Made by a program: the position numbers and the translations under genes
The notes under the pieces: generated by a model
Databases searched by the model: none
Seen by the model: only the letters and a program-made list of their open reading frames with translations
Told to the model about the DNA's origin: nothing
Part shown: positions 25,600-40,577 of the stretch, piece by piece
Layout: the number at the start of each line of letters is the position of its first letter
How positions within the stretch are numbered: the first letter of the stretch is position 1
NCBI RefSeq assembly: GCF_021869535.1
Contig: NW_026262581.1
Location: forward strand, 48,546,001 to 48,610,000
DNA length: 64,000 nt
Direction of reading: 5' to 3'
Source of the DNA: Mytilus californianus
Lineage: Eukaryota

Positions 25600-25890
25600 G
25601 GGAGATACTGAAAGGATATTCAAACTCTAACGTCAAGATAAACTGACAACACTAAAAACGAAAAAACAACCAAAAAACAAATAGCAGTCTACAAATCATT
25701 ACATAGAAATCTAAAGACCGAGCTACACATATAAACCGGGTGATCTCATGTGTTCCGGAAGGAAAGAAGATCCTGCTCCACATGTGGCATCCGTCATGTT
25801 GCTGATCGTGAGTATAAATTGTTGGGCAGTCTAAATCGGAGAATGTCGTTACGACAATTGGTACACATCTGTAGTCATCTGAGAAACAGA
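25600..25890. repeat. Interspersed repeat family D relic
   Basis: Contains ga.ac..aagg.atattcaaact...ccggaagg...gatcctgctccacatgtggca. Similar copies lie near 7795, 8925-9140, 37100-37420 and 56440. Boundaries are approximate. Confidence 0.6.
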
Positions 25891-28800
25891 TAGAAATAAA
25901 AATTTATTCAAAAAATGAATAGTAAAAACAGTTTCTTAAATTACATTTAACGTGGTTGGAATTTGTTTAAATTTCTATTCAAAATCAATCACCATCAGTT
26001 ATAGGAAATTAAAATTGTTTTGAACGTGGAATCAATTAAAGAAAAAAATGTACTTCATTTAAAAAAAAATGAAATAACACTATCAACTTTTTGCGTCCGA
26101 AGCGTTTTTATCGATTAATCAGGATCGCTCCAAGCCAAAAGCCAAAATTTCAAGCCAAATGGATAAATTCCGAACTTGGTTTATGAAGAGCTATACGACC
26201 AGATGGATTCAAAAGTGATAGCCAGATCCTCCTAAGGTAAACTTTACGTGAGGAATTAGAACCTTAGTTTCTTCATTATTTTGAATGTATCAAAGGAGAA
26301 TTAAAGAACGATTTGTTATAAATCATGCCAGTACCGAAATACTATAGAACTGATAATGCCCTCTGGGACTAATAGTACAACAGTTGTGGTATTAACCCAA
26401 TGCATGCAAAATTAATATAACATTATCATTTTTTTCCAAAGTGCTATTCTAGATGTCATAAGTTCTATATTAACTCATTCAAAATAACAAATCTCTATTA
26501 CACTGTTCTTGTATCTCTCTATATATCAACGCTGGTGAGAAGACTTTAGACCTAGCTTGATCAAAATATTTTTTACTTCAAATTCTGTATCAAACATCTT
26601 CCTTTTCAGGCAAAAGGTCTTATTCGCATTGATCAGAAAAGAGCTTCAGAATTACAAGAATTGCATAAAGAAAAATTTGTCATAAAAGATTTTTACAGTT
26701 AATTCATCCTTTTCAGTGTTTCTCTAAAAGAAATTTCATCTCCACATGTATATAAACGTAGGTAAAACAATAAAATCAGGTAATTGTTTTATTTTAATTC
26801 TTGGGAGTGTTATTAAAAAACAAAGTATAGGATTGACATCTTGGACACAGATATTTTTTCTCATTTCGGCTGTTTTATATGATAAATATTTTCGGCGTTT
26901 TCAAAATATTTACGTTCTCCCCATTTTTGTTTTGCCTTTACCATTCATATGGGAACCAACTTCTCCTTTTGCAGAGTTGTTCCTTTATTTATTTAAGCCA
27001 GACGTTATACAGTAGCTTCGCAAGAAAATGGAAAGAATCTAGATTTATCCTATAATTTCACTGTATAAGTGATGTCCCCTCGGTAAATAATTCATTTCAT
27101 AATTTTCTGAACTGTTGTTTGTGCATTTACCGATTTGTTGTTTTTGCCATGATTTTGTTGGGTTTTTTTTAACTGATGAATTTTTCATTTCTCCTTTGCT
27201 ATCTTCTGCATCTTTTAATCACTTCACAATGGGAACTGATTACTTTGAAAGGTGATTTAATTTTTTTTTGTTGTGATTAAGATTGTGACACGGTGTTGAC
27301 TGCTGTACCCCTATTTTGACATTTTTACCTATTATGTCTGTTTGTTTTATTCACGCATCATTGTCAATATAATGGAATTTGATGCGACTGCCATACAAGT
27401 GAGAGGTTAAGCGCTATAAAATCAGGTTCAATCCTTCATTTTCTACATAAGAAAATGCCTGTACCAAGTCAGGAATATGATAGTTGTTGTCCATTTGTTT
27501 CATGCGTTTGTGCTTTTGATTTTGCCATTTGATTAGGGACTTTCCGTTTTGAATTTTCCTCGGAGTGCAGTATTTTTGTGATTTAACATTTTGAAAGATA
27601 TTTGTGTGACTATATCAGCCATTACACGAATATGCTCTATAACAGCTTACCAACTTATACCTCTAACACAATATGCTGAACTGATGGTTTGGTGTACTCA
27701 GTAAGAAGTAGATAATAGGAGAACTCAAATTAACATATTTTGATATGCATATACTTTTTCATTTTAAATGTATCTATGTCGAATGTGTTTGAAAAGGTGA
27801 AATATTGGAGAATATTATGAATTGTAATTCTATGATAAAAGTAAAATAACAAAAATACCGAACTCCAAAGGAAATTCAAAACGGAAAGACCTTTTAAAAA
27901 TGGCAAAATTAAAGGCTAAAACAAATCGAACAAATGGAAAAAAAAACTGTCATATTCATGACTTGGTACAAACATTTCCTTGTGTAGAAAATGATGGATT
28001 AAACCTGAATTTTGTTATCATTGAAATATGCCATTTGTTCCCTTGGGCAAATGCAGAATGTAACGAAAAAGGGCCCAGAAGTCTGCTTTCCTGGGCTGCG
28101 TAGGGATATTGTATGACAGAGGAAATTTGGCATAAAACAATTTATCACTCAAAAAAAAAAATATTTTGTTTTGAAAGATTATAATCTTTAGATTTTCGAC
28201 ATGAAAGCCTACTGCGATATTATGTTACACATTTTATTAAAATGCCATGTTATGTATGAAGGAGATATCACACACATTTATATTTACCCTTATACAATGA
28301 TATCTTAAGTCATATCAAAAGATTCATATTACCATTGGATATGTCATGTTACCACTCTTAAGTCACATGATAGGTTTGTCTGGAATAAAAGACTGTTTCC
28401 ATAATTTTCTGGCAATCATAATGTTTGTGCATTCTTATTATTATCTTAAAATGCACTTGTTCCCGTCTAAAACATTATTTTAATTCATAACTATGATAAC
28501 GTCAAATCGTTTTGTAATGTTCTAATAGTGATCAACAGCCATGCTCAATAAATTTTGGTAAATCATTTTAAAATTATATCCTTCTATTGGCGGACAGGAC
28601 AAATAGTTATCAAATAAAGGAACGAGTAAAAAGCAACTGTCGTATTCCTGACTTAATACTGGTTTTGATAGCTAGCTCAACACCGGTTTAAAGTGAGGCA
28701 CTAAAAGATTTTAAGAAATATTTTAAACTGGAATTTTCAAACAATATAATTCATTTCAGGCCGAATTAGGGTTTATCTTGGTTAAATTGTTATTCAAATG

Positions 28801-31800
28801 GTTCCAATTAATACATCTTTGATTCAAAGTTTGATGTAATTGGGAACAGTATAAAACCAAGTTAAGGTATTCAAGACAAACAGGTTGACAAGTCATGAAC
28901 TGGTTTCTATTTGTTATCCTTATTTTCCCATACACATTCCACTTAACTTATGTGTTGATTTAGCTATACGTCGAATCTTATTTACCAAAATAATAATCAT
29001 GTGATATCGCTTTGATCATTCATAGCATTGGGAACAGGTATTGTACGGAAAGCTGAATTAGGTTCTAATATTAATTAAACCGTCTGAGAAGTAATTTACA
29101 GATAGCAGCTATCTCAAGTGTTGCGTTTAAAAGACATGGCTTAAAAGAAAGCGGGGTTTCAGTTTGAAATATACTTCACTGTGTAAATTTTGGAAGAACA
29201 ATCATAGTGATTTTGCACACCAGACGCGTGTTTCGTTTGTAAGAGACTCATTGGTATCGTTCAAACATTTGGACAAACTCAATACAAAGTTAGAGAGCTT
29301 TATATAACAAAGAGTTTGAATGTTTGTGCCAAATACGGTTAAGACAATCTATACCCGCTATTAGAAAGCCCTAAGTGTTTCGAATATTTGGCTGATAATA
29401 CCCTCGGGGAAGAAAATTCCACCAGCAGTGGCATCGACCCAGTGGTTGTAAAAACTCATCAAAGATAGAAAGATTGTAAATTTGTTAGCAAGACCTGCAT
29501 TTTGTTTGCAAAGACTCACGTTTCCATCAGGAATTTCGACAACAAAAATTCAGAGAAGGCAACTAATTATTATCATATAACAAGTACTCAGAAATGGCAA
29601 AGTATTATGAATGAGAAAAATTATGATTTCGAACTGATGAAAATTCAGAAATCATTGTGAGGTTTTTATCAATGCAAATAATGCCACTGAGTGAGTATCG
29701 CAATAATATAAACTCGAACTCTTATATCTGATACATAGATATGTTTTAAGATTTTTCTAAAACTACAATAATTAATTTTGCATTTTGTCCGTTTTTAAAA
29801 TATTGCAATAACAAATGCACGCAATTATTTCTGAATTTACAGTATTCTATGGTTTTTTTCAACCCTGTGCAATACCAAATGTTTGTTTGTGTGTGGCCTT
29901 ATAAACATTTTATTTTTCCATGTATATTTATGACACAGATCGCACGGAATCGGTATATAGTTCTGATTTTACTACCACTTACGTTGTAATGCTAAAAGCT
30001 ACTTCAGGTAAAATACATGTCCCCTAGTAGATAACACACATTCCAGCGCTTGTTATTCAAACCATGATTTCCTTGATAGAGGACATGACTGAACAAGAAA
30101 GTTAATAAACTTAATGATAAGATTTACAGACTCAATCATGACTTGATTGACATCGTCCTGAAGATCATAGATGAGTTCGTATACGAGATACAATGGCATC
30201 CTTGTTCATAGCTTGTCACCAAAAACTACGATAAATGGAAATTTACTCTAAAAACACGACGACTGATCTCAACAAAGTTGTGTACTACTTAAGGAGAAGG
30301 AGATGCGTACCCTTTCTTGGGCATTTGTGTTCCTCCTTAAACTAGATAGGTTAAATTGTTTGCCTCTCTGTGCAATTTCTTGTTTATAAAGTGTTATTTT
30401 AAGTTTTGGTAGTGAACATTGTTTGTTTTGTTTGTATCCATTTCATTGTTTGACTCGTCGGGTCTCTATTTCTTCGTCATTGATACTTTTTGAAGTAATC
30501 TTACTTGTCATCTGTCGTTTATTTGAGTGTTAAGACCCTTTCGAGTTTGTTGGTATTTGTTGGCCAGGAATTTAAGAATGGAAAATACAAATTTCATTTC
30601 CGCTTGTTTAAAATATGTATTGTTGTTCTCCATCAACACAAATTCTTATTTTGATATCAATAAAACTGCTTAATGATTGAATTTTTTTCTTGAATATCTC
30701 ATCATTAAATCTGATTTCATTTTCTACAGCGAAACAGAACCAGAAAAGTCTCTTATACCACATAAATATAGAAGCACAGATAAACAGGGAAGTGTTATTT
30801 TTATTGTCATGCTTTAAAAGACTAGCTGTATGTTTGCTTACAAATGTAATATTGATACTCTGAAATTTCCATAAAAAAATGATTTCGGGTGATGTAAGGT
30901 AGTTATCAAATATGGAACCTCGAAGAGTGCTTCAGGAACCTTTTTACCTGTCTATCAAAAATAAAAATAAGAATGTTGTGGCATGATTGTCAATGAGACA
31001 ACTCTCCATCAGAGACGTAATGATATAGAAGTTGACAACTATAGGTCACCAAACGACCTTCAACAATGATCAAAACCCATACGGCATAGTAAGCTATAAA
31101 TAATTCATATGTATCGTTAAATTTTAAGGACCGACCATATAAATGTACATTTAAGAACAAAATGGTGGGTTGAACCTCACTTAGAGATATTAAGAAATAT
31201 TTTGAACTGGAATTTTCAAACAATATAATTTATTTCAGGCCGAATTAGGGTTTATCTTGGTAAAATTGTTATTCAAATGGTTCCAATCAATTCATCTTTG
31301 ATTAAACAAATAAACATGATATTGCTTGAGGTAAACTATTTTCGCAATTAAAATATTTTCTTAAACTTCATTCTATGACATTATTCTGGTTTCATGTATA
31401 CCTATTTTTATAACAAAGACTATTTGGCTACACTCGAAAAGGTCTTAACAATCAACCTTTCATCGTTGTCCTTAGGTGAATGATATTCTTCTTGAAATTA
31501 CGTATAATGTACTTTCAGTTCGTGCATTTTCTGAAAGCCAACACATTGCCCACTCTTTGTTAGGTAGGCAAAGACAGAAATAATGGTAATGGTCACTTTT
31601 AAAAAACAAATTTGAAACATTGACTTTTCGCTAAGCACTCACTCACAAAATAACAAATTGGTGTTTGTAACCATTGTTGATGTCTACATCGATCACTGTT
31701 GAACTTCTATAATGTAACCACGGTCTGCACTGCAATTGTGCCAAAAAAGGACTTTTTTGAAAAAAAGTTGATATCCACCGCAAATCAAACGTAAAAACAC

Positions 31801-31899
31801 AATAGATGATAACTAAAACTACTTCAAAAAGTATCAAAGACGAAAAAATACAGACATGCCGAGTCAAACAATGAAATGGATATAAACAAAACAACCAAT

Positions 31900-32895
31900 A
31901 GATATAAGAATATGTGATATGAGTGCCAATGGGACAACTCTCCATCCAAGCCACAATTTGTAAAAGTAAACCATTATAGGTCAAAGTACGGCCTTCAACA
32001 GGCAGCCTTGGCTCACACCGAACAGCAAGCTATAAATGGCCCCCAAAATGACTAGTGTAAAACCATTCAAACAGGAAAAACTACGGTCTAATCTATAGAA
32101 AAAACGAGAAACACTTATGAACAATCTCAACAAACGACAACCACTGAACATCAGGTTCCTGACTTAGGACAGGTGCAAATAAATGCAGCGGGTTTAAACG
32201 ATTTAATAGGCGCCAACCTTCACCCTACCTAAAACAATAGTGTACCATCACAACATAGAAAGACACACTATAAAATATCAATTGAAATGGCTTAACTCAA
32301 TCAAAAGACATATTAACAAAACAAGTGAACATACACTGAACGAATAAATTTGATCTATGACACAATGTAAATACAAAATTAATAAAACAAGGGAGTTAGA
32401 TGTTTAACAATATCAGAAAGACAATCATAACCTTGGACAAAATGCCGCCAAATAAAATAACGTACACAGGTAAAAAAAAGAAGACATGACTTTTGCAATG
32501 CCAAAATAAAACTATCGACCGGCAGTAGGATAGTTAGGAGTTAACCTGTTAATACATATGTATAATGTATTATATAGATAGAGTAATCTCTATATAGAAA
32601 ATGAAAATGAAAATAGGATGTGAAATACCGTTTTTAATAAGTTTTCTACAGGTACAGCCAATTCTTTGTATCTATGAAAGAATTTAGTAAAAGTTTTAAG
32701 CAATGTATGGTAACGAAATCCCTGACTTAATAATTTACCAATGATGCATTGATTACGTTCGTTAAAATCTATAACAACACTACACACACGGGCATAACGA
32801 ACGAGTTGGGATATATAAACACCGTATGATGGAGCCAAAGAAACATCGCCGTCTAAAAAGGAAAAATTAACAATAGTGAATGAAAAATCGTCTAT
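31900..32895 (-). mobile_element. 5'-truncated Penelope-like element: RT C-terminus plus family C 3' tail
   Basis: The minus strand encodes DDFSFTIVNFSFLDGDVSLAPSYGVYISQLVRYARVCS...KLLSQGFRYH (about 32895-32590). It continues into the family C sequence ending at ~31900. Confidence 0.8.
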
Positions 32896-33176
32896 TTTGT
32901 CGTAAATTTTAGTATGGAGTTTCCCTTTAAAAATTGAAATGTCTAAATCTTGAAAAGGACAACTACTGCTGCTTATGTTAAATTTATCTTAAGCAAGTTC
33001 TTTATATCTTTTTGCTGTTTCAATTTTTTCTGAGTAGGATTGCTTTGACGCCTAAATAATCAATATTTTGTATTGTAGTATAGAAAAGTTATACAATAAC
33101 AAAAACTGAATTCAACATTTTATTTTATAAAAAAGATAAATAAGTATTAAAAGTCTGGATTTCGGTGATGTGCTGT

Positions 33177-34558
33177 TCATCGTGTGTATCCATTAGACGG
33201 CTTTCTTCGACAAATCATGTGACAATTAACACTTGCACAGTATTTGTTCGTTGGACAATCTCCATCACGATGACACTCTTTTTTGCAACCAATTGCTCCA
33301 GTTACTACTGACTGAGAAACGACCCCTGAACCAGAAGTACGTACTGATCCACCACGTCTTAAAGAAACTGTGTCTAATACATCAAGTCCACTTCGTCTAA
33401 GGTTGGTTGAGTCAAGAATATCAGAACCTGCATGACCAGACATTCCACGGCTTCTACCTATTGTTTCCAAATGAGAATTGCTAGATAGGTCAAAATTTCT
33501 AGCCAGACCAGATGAACCAATTCTACTGCCAGATGATAAATGACCATTATTACTTGAAACTCTGTTCAAGTCAGATGATAAACTTCTAATTATTTCCCTT
33601 CTGATAGAGTCCGATAATCCAGATGCACCAATTATACTTCCAGAAGAAATTTCGACGCAGTAGCTGCTACAGCCATTGTGAACACATTTATGTCCTGAAC
33701 GACATAATTTATCTCCTCCACACCCATAATGACAATTATTGATACTGTCATCGTCAGATAAAGCAAGTGAAATACCAGCTGAGGAGCCTCTAATGATTTC
33801 AGATACAGATGTCCTGCTTCCAACAGAACCCCCAGACAATCTCGTACCGCCCGATGACCCACGTGTTATAAATTCATTGCCTATTCCATGAGATGTTCCA
33901 ACTACTCTTGATCCTGTTCGTCTATTTGCATCAATTACATCCAATACAGAAAGGGACCCGCCACCACGACGCCCGTTTAAATCTCTCCCAAGTGTGTTTT
34001 CGACTTGTAAAACCTTCTTCACTCCATGTATATCTAATGCATGTTTTTCCGCTGGTGTATAGGCTGTAAAATTAAATATCGAACAATTCTTATTATCTTC
34101 ACAAATCAAGAACTACAAAGTACAATACAGGTGAACTACTATCTACATGTAAACATCAGGATATATATTGCCAATAAGACAATTATTCACTATAAACCAA
34201 AGGATGATGTAAACAACTACAGGCCGTACGGTGTGAGTTCCAATCAAAGGACATACCGCATAGTAAGCTTTAAATGACCCCACATGCCCAAATGTAAAAC
34301 AAATCAAAACAAAAGATCAATCGTTTAAAACTTTTACATTATAATTTACAAAATATGTATATGTTGGTAATATTCTTTCTTAAGAATTTCAATTATATAT
34401 ATTTGTTTTAGGATTTTCTGCAGTAAGGTATTTAGATTTTATCGCAACATGGAAAACAGCCCATAAATCTCGAAAAAAGCAAATCGAACATTTTTCTTAC
34501 CGGCTACTATCATTATGGTCACTGCCATCGAAAGGAATATGGTCTGGAATTTCATCAT
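33177..34558 (-). CDS. G4: same family (~314 aa)
   Basis: Coding exon 2 is 34558-34501 (MMKFQTIFLSMAVTIMIVA). Exon 3 is 34063-33177 (TGA). AATAAA at 33119-33124. Confidence 0.88.
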
Positions 34559-35747
34559 CTCAAAGAATTCTGAAATTAACAGTATAAACGTTATTTCTTT
34601 TAAAATCATAATTGACACATTGAATACGAATCAGTTAATAAAATATTACATGTTTTACTATAGATCTGCTAGAAAACAATCTGCAGCGATATCTTTACTT
34701 GTTTGGGGTATACAAAAATGACAGAATGTCTTTATTCTAAGCCAAACTTAACGATTGATTGTGTTTGCTACGAGCAACAGGTTGTTCAAAATCGAGATAT
34801 TGTTAAGTATTATATCTGAAAAAAGGCATTATGATGTTAATTTTTAAAAAAATCACTGTTGTAAGAATTTTGAAATTAAGGATTTAAAGACAGCTCTTCT
34901 AAAATTAATTCTGAAATTTGAACAATCACTAGGAAAAGACGGAAAGGGAGGAGGGGGGGGGGGGGGGGGAGGGCTTTATTTGACTGTAATGGTTTTACAC
35001 GGATATCTTTGAAAATTAAAACAGGAACAAACAATCTCAATGTGGACATTTGCTTCTCAGAAATAACATAAATACATTCAATATTTATAAACCAGATGCG
35101 CGTTTCGCCATTTAATGTATCTTCCGTGATACTCAAGGCCAAACTTTTTCAAAATACAAAATTGAAGAGCTGATCATACAAAAGAAATAATAGAGTATAG
35201 CAAATTCTAGAAAAAGAATTGGAGCAATTAATCATGTAATATAAGATTTCAATTGATAATACACTATGAGATTTGGTTGATATTACAAATCAGAAAATTA
35301 TGATAGAAATTAATTCATGAATAAACAAATGAGGAAAAAGGAATTGAAGCAAAATATCAATCTTGAACTTGATTTACTTAAATTGATTTTCAATATCTCA
35401 AAAATATTTCAGTCGGGTTTTCACTTCCGATAGGTTCTAAAACGCAGTAAAAATAATTTGTGTCAATAAAATATACTTTGAAGCAGTATTTTGTTAAAAA
35501 TCGTGTCTCTTACTTTTCAATTACAGAAATTTGAAACAATTTCAGTATATCATTCTTTATAAAAGTAAACTAAATTGTTTCTTTCTTTCAAAGGAGCAAA
35601 TGTTTCATTGGAAGTATAGAATTATCTGTACGCTTTAAATTTAATAAATCATGATTTTATAATGACTTGTTTTCTGCTATCTTTATCACTGTTGTATTTT
35701 TGGTTGGTTTTATTCATAATTGAAAGTTAGTTACCCATAAGCCTTAC

Positions 35748-35816
35748 CTTTGTTTGAAGCTATTGGAAAGATTTCTTATGAATACTGTTTTATTGCTTGA
35801 AAATCGTTCTTTTATA
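35748..35816 (-). promoter_or_regulatory. G4 TATA box and non-coding exon 1
   Basis: TATAAAAG 35809-35816, CAGT at 35786, donor GTAAG after 35748. Confidence 0.75.
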
Positions 35817-36465
35817 CCGTTTTAATTATTTTGTTTATGATTGACATGCAAACAAGGAAATTTGTAACTGAACCACAAATTATGAAGTCGTCTATTATAG
35901 TTAAAAACTTTAAATGTCACGACGATGTCGTAGTACTACGAAATTGCAGATTATGCATATATTAGTATATGTACTAAGGGTCAATAAAACGTTTTGTTTC
36001 CTCCTACAACAAACATATTTTTCATGACATCATAAATTTTAATGTCACCATGTCTCAATTTTATTAAATTGTGGATTATGTTTATCAAGGCAAAAAACAC
36101 ATTATTTTTCTTCCTACAACATATTTGTCATTATGTCATAGTACTTGTAGTTATTACAAAATATCGTTTTGACTTTTTTGACAATATGGTTAAATATGCA
36201 CGTTTTTATATTCGTTATAAGGTAGAGACTTGTACTGTTTTAATAAAAACAAACCAGACGCCTTTTATTTCCTTATGGTATGTACGTTATCATTTTTCAA
36301 TTAGAATAGTTTGAAAATCACTGCTTAATATTCTATATAATTGATCTTAATATCACAGCGATTATTTAGACTCATTACGTATCTGGTTTTACCACGCTTG
36401 AGCTTACGTTAAGAAAATGTTCGAGAACCATTATAAATTAGCACCAAACTGTTAAACAATAAAAA

Positions 36466-36889
36466 ACATTAGTAAACCGATTTTGGTATGAAACGGTTAT
36501 TTTGATCTGAATACCTCTGAAAAGACTAAACAGTACATTACTAAGTCAGTTTCAGTTTTTCAGTAAATTTTCTGACTTATCCACTGTGGTAAGTTCAGAA
36601 CTGTTCAGTCATTTCGCTAGCAGTCAATTAAAATCTGTTTAGACTATGTCCAGACTGTTCAGTAGCTTCTATTTACCTGTACACAAAACATCATACTGAC
36701 TTGTCAGAAATGCTACTGAAAAGTACTGAATTGACTGCAAGCAAACTGTTTAAACAGAACTGAGTTTACAGTGGTGAATAAGTCTGAAAATTGACTGAAA
36801 AGCTGAACATGACTGAATAATTTATTGTTCAGACTATTCCGATCCTGATGAAAATGACCGTCAGAGTTATATTCATTTCTAGAGAAAAT
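36466..36889. mobile_element. G4-specific insertion with a long fold-back core
   Basis: Absent from the paralogous G3 site (~25360). 36551-36605 pairs with 36752-36806, and inner arms gctagcagtcaatt/aattgactgcaagc also pair. Confidence 0.6.
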
Positions 36890-38134
36890 TTCTCGGTTTT
36901 CATGTATCTAACAGATCTTCTCTTCATGTTCCATCATAAAACTCAAGCTGAAAAGGATTTGACATCACTATTGTAGGTATAAATTACGAACAATTCAAAC
37001 TAGTTATATGTTCCTTAATTTACGTCTACGTATGCATCAACCATAAAATTTGCTTTACATGATTGGATAGGAGAATACTTCTTTTCATTTTGTCATAAAC
37101 AGAGCTGGAAGATACTTAAAGGCTATTAAAACTAATACGTCAAAGATCGACTGACAACACTAAAACAGAATACGACCAAAAAACAAATAACAGCCTACAA
37201 ACGCAACAGAGAAATTTAAGGACCGAGCTATACATAAAGCCGGGACAATCTCAAGTGTTTTGGACGAGTAAGAATATTCTGCAACACATATGGCATCCGT
37301 CGTGTTGCTCATGGCAAGAACAAACTGTTGGCTAGGCCTTAATCGGGGATTTCGAGAAAAGTAGACGGGATTGTAGTGACGACAACTGGTACATATCTGT
37401 CATCATCTGTGAAGCAGATTGAAATTAAAATTGACTGAACTTTCACAATCAATAGTAAAAACAGTTTCCCATATTACAAATGCAGAATGTAATAAACAGG
37501 GCTCCCTGAGTTTGCTGTCCTAGGCTGATAAGAGATATTGTATGACAGAGAAAATTTAAATAAAACAATTAAAAAAAGAAAAAAAAAAGCAAAATAAATG
37601 TTTTATTTTAAGGTTATAATCTTTAGAGTTTCGACATGAAAGCCTACTGCGGTATTATGGTACAGATTTTATTGAAATGCCATGTTATGCATAAAGGAGA
37701 TATCACACACATTTATATTTACCCTTATACAATGATATCTTAAGTCATATCAAAAGATTCATATTACCATTGGATATATCATGTTACCACTCTTAACTTA
37801 AGTCACTTGATAGGTTTGTTTGGAATAGAAGACTGTTTCCCTAATTTTCCGGCAATTCATAATTTTTGTGCATTCTTTTTATTATCTAAAAATGCTCTTG
37901 TTCCCGCCTGAAAGATTTATTTAATTGATAACTATGATAACGTCAAATCGATTTGATGTTCTTATAGTGATCAGCAGCCATGCTCAACAAATTTTGGTAA
38001 ATCATTTTAAAATTATATCCTTCTATTGGCAGATAGGACTTATTATGTTTGAATTAGCGTAGGAAAGGTAATGAAATGCTTTTTGGGGAATACTGGAACA
38101 TGACTAGATAGAAATATGACATATTCAAGATGCA

Positions 38135-38156
38135 ATATATATATATATATATATAT
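38135..38156. repeat. (AT)11 microsatellite
   Basis: Read directly from the sequence. Confidence 0.9.
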
Positions 38157-40087
38157 GTTGGTTATTGACGGTAACACGACACATTTTCGTAACATTTTAA
38201 TCGATCTTCAAATTACGAATAAAACCAACAAAAAAGGGTGAGTAAAAGACAACGCACATACTATATCAAACCAGGTACTTAGAAACAAAGACAATACTTA
38301 AACAAGAAACGAAAAGAGAGTAAAAAATTGAAACATTTCAGCAGTACAATTTACGAAAAATAAAGTAATATTGAAGTCATATCATACTCTGCATGCCAAA
38401 CTGGTTATTGAGATGTACAGAAATTACAGTTGCGATTGATCTGTTTTGGATTTTGTATGATCTAGGATAACCTTTGATATGTGGTATGGGTTTTGCTCAT
38501 TGTTGAAGACCAAACAGGGACCTATAGTTGTTAACCTCCACGTTATTTGGTGTCTGGTAGAGAGTTGTCTCATTGGCAATCATACCCCATCTTCTTACTT
38601 TTTTTCAGCATATATGTATTATCTATCTGCTTGAACTCTGTAAGTTACTGCATCAAAAACAAATTCTAACCACATTGACTTAATGCGTAAAAAAGTGTAA
38701 CAAAAATAAAACCGAACTCGAAGGTGAATTCAAAAAGGATGTCTATAAATCTTTTTAAATCAAACGTAATAAACAAACGGAACGAATAAAAGCAACTGTC
38801 GTATTCATATTCCTGACTAAATGCAGGCTTTTCCGAAGAATATGGTGGAATAAACCTGGTTTTATAGCTAGGCAAACACCTGTTTAAAGTGAGGCACTTA
38901 GAGGTATCAAGATATATTTGGAACTTTCAATACTATAATTCATTCCAGGCAGAATTTTGGTTTATCTTGGTAAAATATCAAATGGTTCCGATTAATACAT
39001 CTTTGATTTAAAGGTTGATGTAAATGGGAACAGAAGCAAAATTATATAAAAAGGAACTCAGGAAAAACAGGTTGAAAGTCATGAGCTGGTCTCTATTTGT
39101 TATTCTTTTTTCCCACAAAAAAATGAAATTCCCCTTAATTTATGTGTTGAGTTAGCTATTCGTCGGTGACTAATACGGCGATTCTTATTTATTAAAATCA
39201 TCAGTCATCTGACTTTGGTTTGACCATTCATAGCATTGGAAACAGATATTGAAGGAAAAGCTGAGCTTATATGTATTAAACGGTTTTATAGATAGCAGTT
39301 TGCTTAAGTGTTGCGTTTGAAAAGATATGGCTTAAAGGAAACCGATGCTTTAGTTTAAAAATATTACACTGTGTAAATTAGGTACAGGCATTTAAACATG
39401 TTATCTGATATATCGTTTTTTTTTTTACAAAAATGACGTAAAAACCCGAAAAATATACCAGCATAGTGATTTTGCACACCAGACGCGTGTTTCGTCTGAA
39501 ACAGTTGACCAAACTAAATACGAAATTGAAGAGCTTTATATACTAAAGATTTCGAATGTCTGTGCCAAATTAAGACCATCTATACCCACTGGTAGAATAT
39601 TTGGCTGATAATACCCTCGGGGAAGAAAAGTTCACCAGCAGTAGCATCGACCCAGTGGTTGTAAAAACTCATCAAAGATACAAAGATTGTAAATTTGTAA
39701 GTCAGACGTGCATTTTGTTTGCAAAGACTCACGTTCCCATCAGGTATTTCGACAACAAAAATTAAGAAGAGGCAACTAAACATTATCATAATTCAAGTAC
39801 TTAGAAATGGCAAAGTATTATGAATAGGAAAAAGTATGATTTCGAACTACTAAAAATTCAGAAATTATTACGGGGTTTTTATCAATGCGAATAATGCGAC
39901 TGGGTGATTATCGCAATAATAAGAACTCGCACTTACATATCTGATACATATATATATGTTTTTCTAAAAAAAACCGCAATAATTATTTTCGCCTTTTGTC
40001 CATTTTTTAAATATCGCATTAATAAATGCACGCAATAATTTCTGAATTTGCAGTATTCTATGATTATTTTTAACCCTGTGCAGTACC

Positions 40088-40577
40088 TGATAGATATAAG
40101 AAGATGTGGTATGAGTGCCAATGAGATAACTCTCCATCCAAGTCACAATTTGTAAAAGTAAACCATTATAGGTCAAAGTACGGCTTTCAACACGAAGCCT
40201 TGGCTCACACCGAACAGCAAGCTATAAAGGGCCCCAGATAATAACTAGTGTAAAACCTTTCAAATAAAAAAACCAACGGTCTAATCTATATAAAAATAAA
40301 CGAGAAACACTTATGAACCACATCAACAAACGACAACCACTGAACATCAGGTTCCTGACTTAGGACAGGTGCAAACAAATGCAGCGGGTTTAAACGTTTT
40401 GATAGGCGCCAAACTTCACCCTATCTGAAACAATAGTGTAACATCACAACACAGAAAGACACACTATAAAATATCAATTGATTAGCTTAACTCAATCAAA
40501 AGATATATTAACAAAAACAAGTGAACATACACTGAACGAATAAATTTAATCTATGACACAACGTAAATATAAAATTA
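40088..40577 (-). mobile_element. Family C insertion (~490 bp)
   Basis: Same fixed end (agatataagaagatgtgg on +). The paralogous site near 59525 is empty. Confidence 0.8.

Noticed and set aside
31643-31984. MTYNGLLLQIV ORFs (31643, 39964, 51531) and hydrophobic ORFs at 6738 and 59889
   Set aside because: They are translations of repeat families C and B and their flanks, not genes.
34946-34975. G-run as a functional G-quadruplex in G4 intron 1
   Set aside because: It is an expanded homopolymer in one paralog only, not conserved, and prone to sequencing error.
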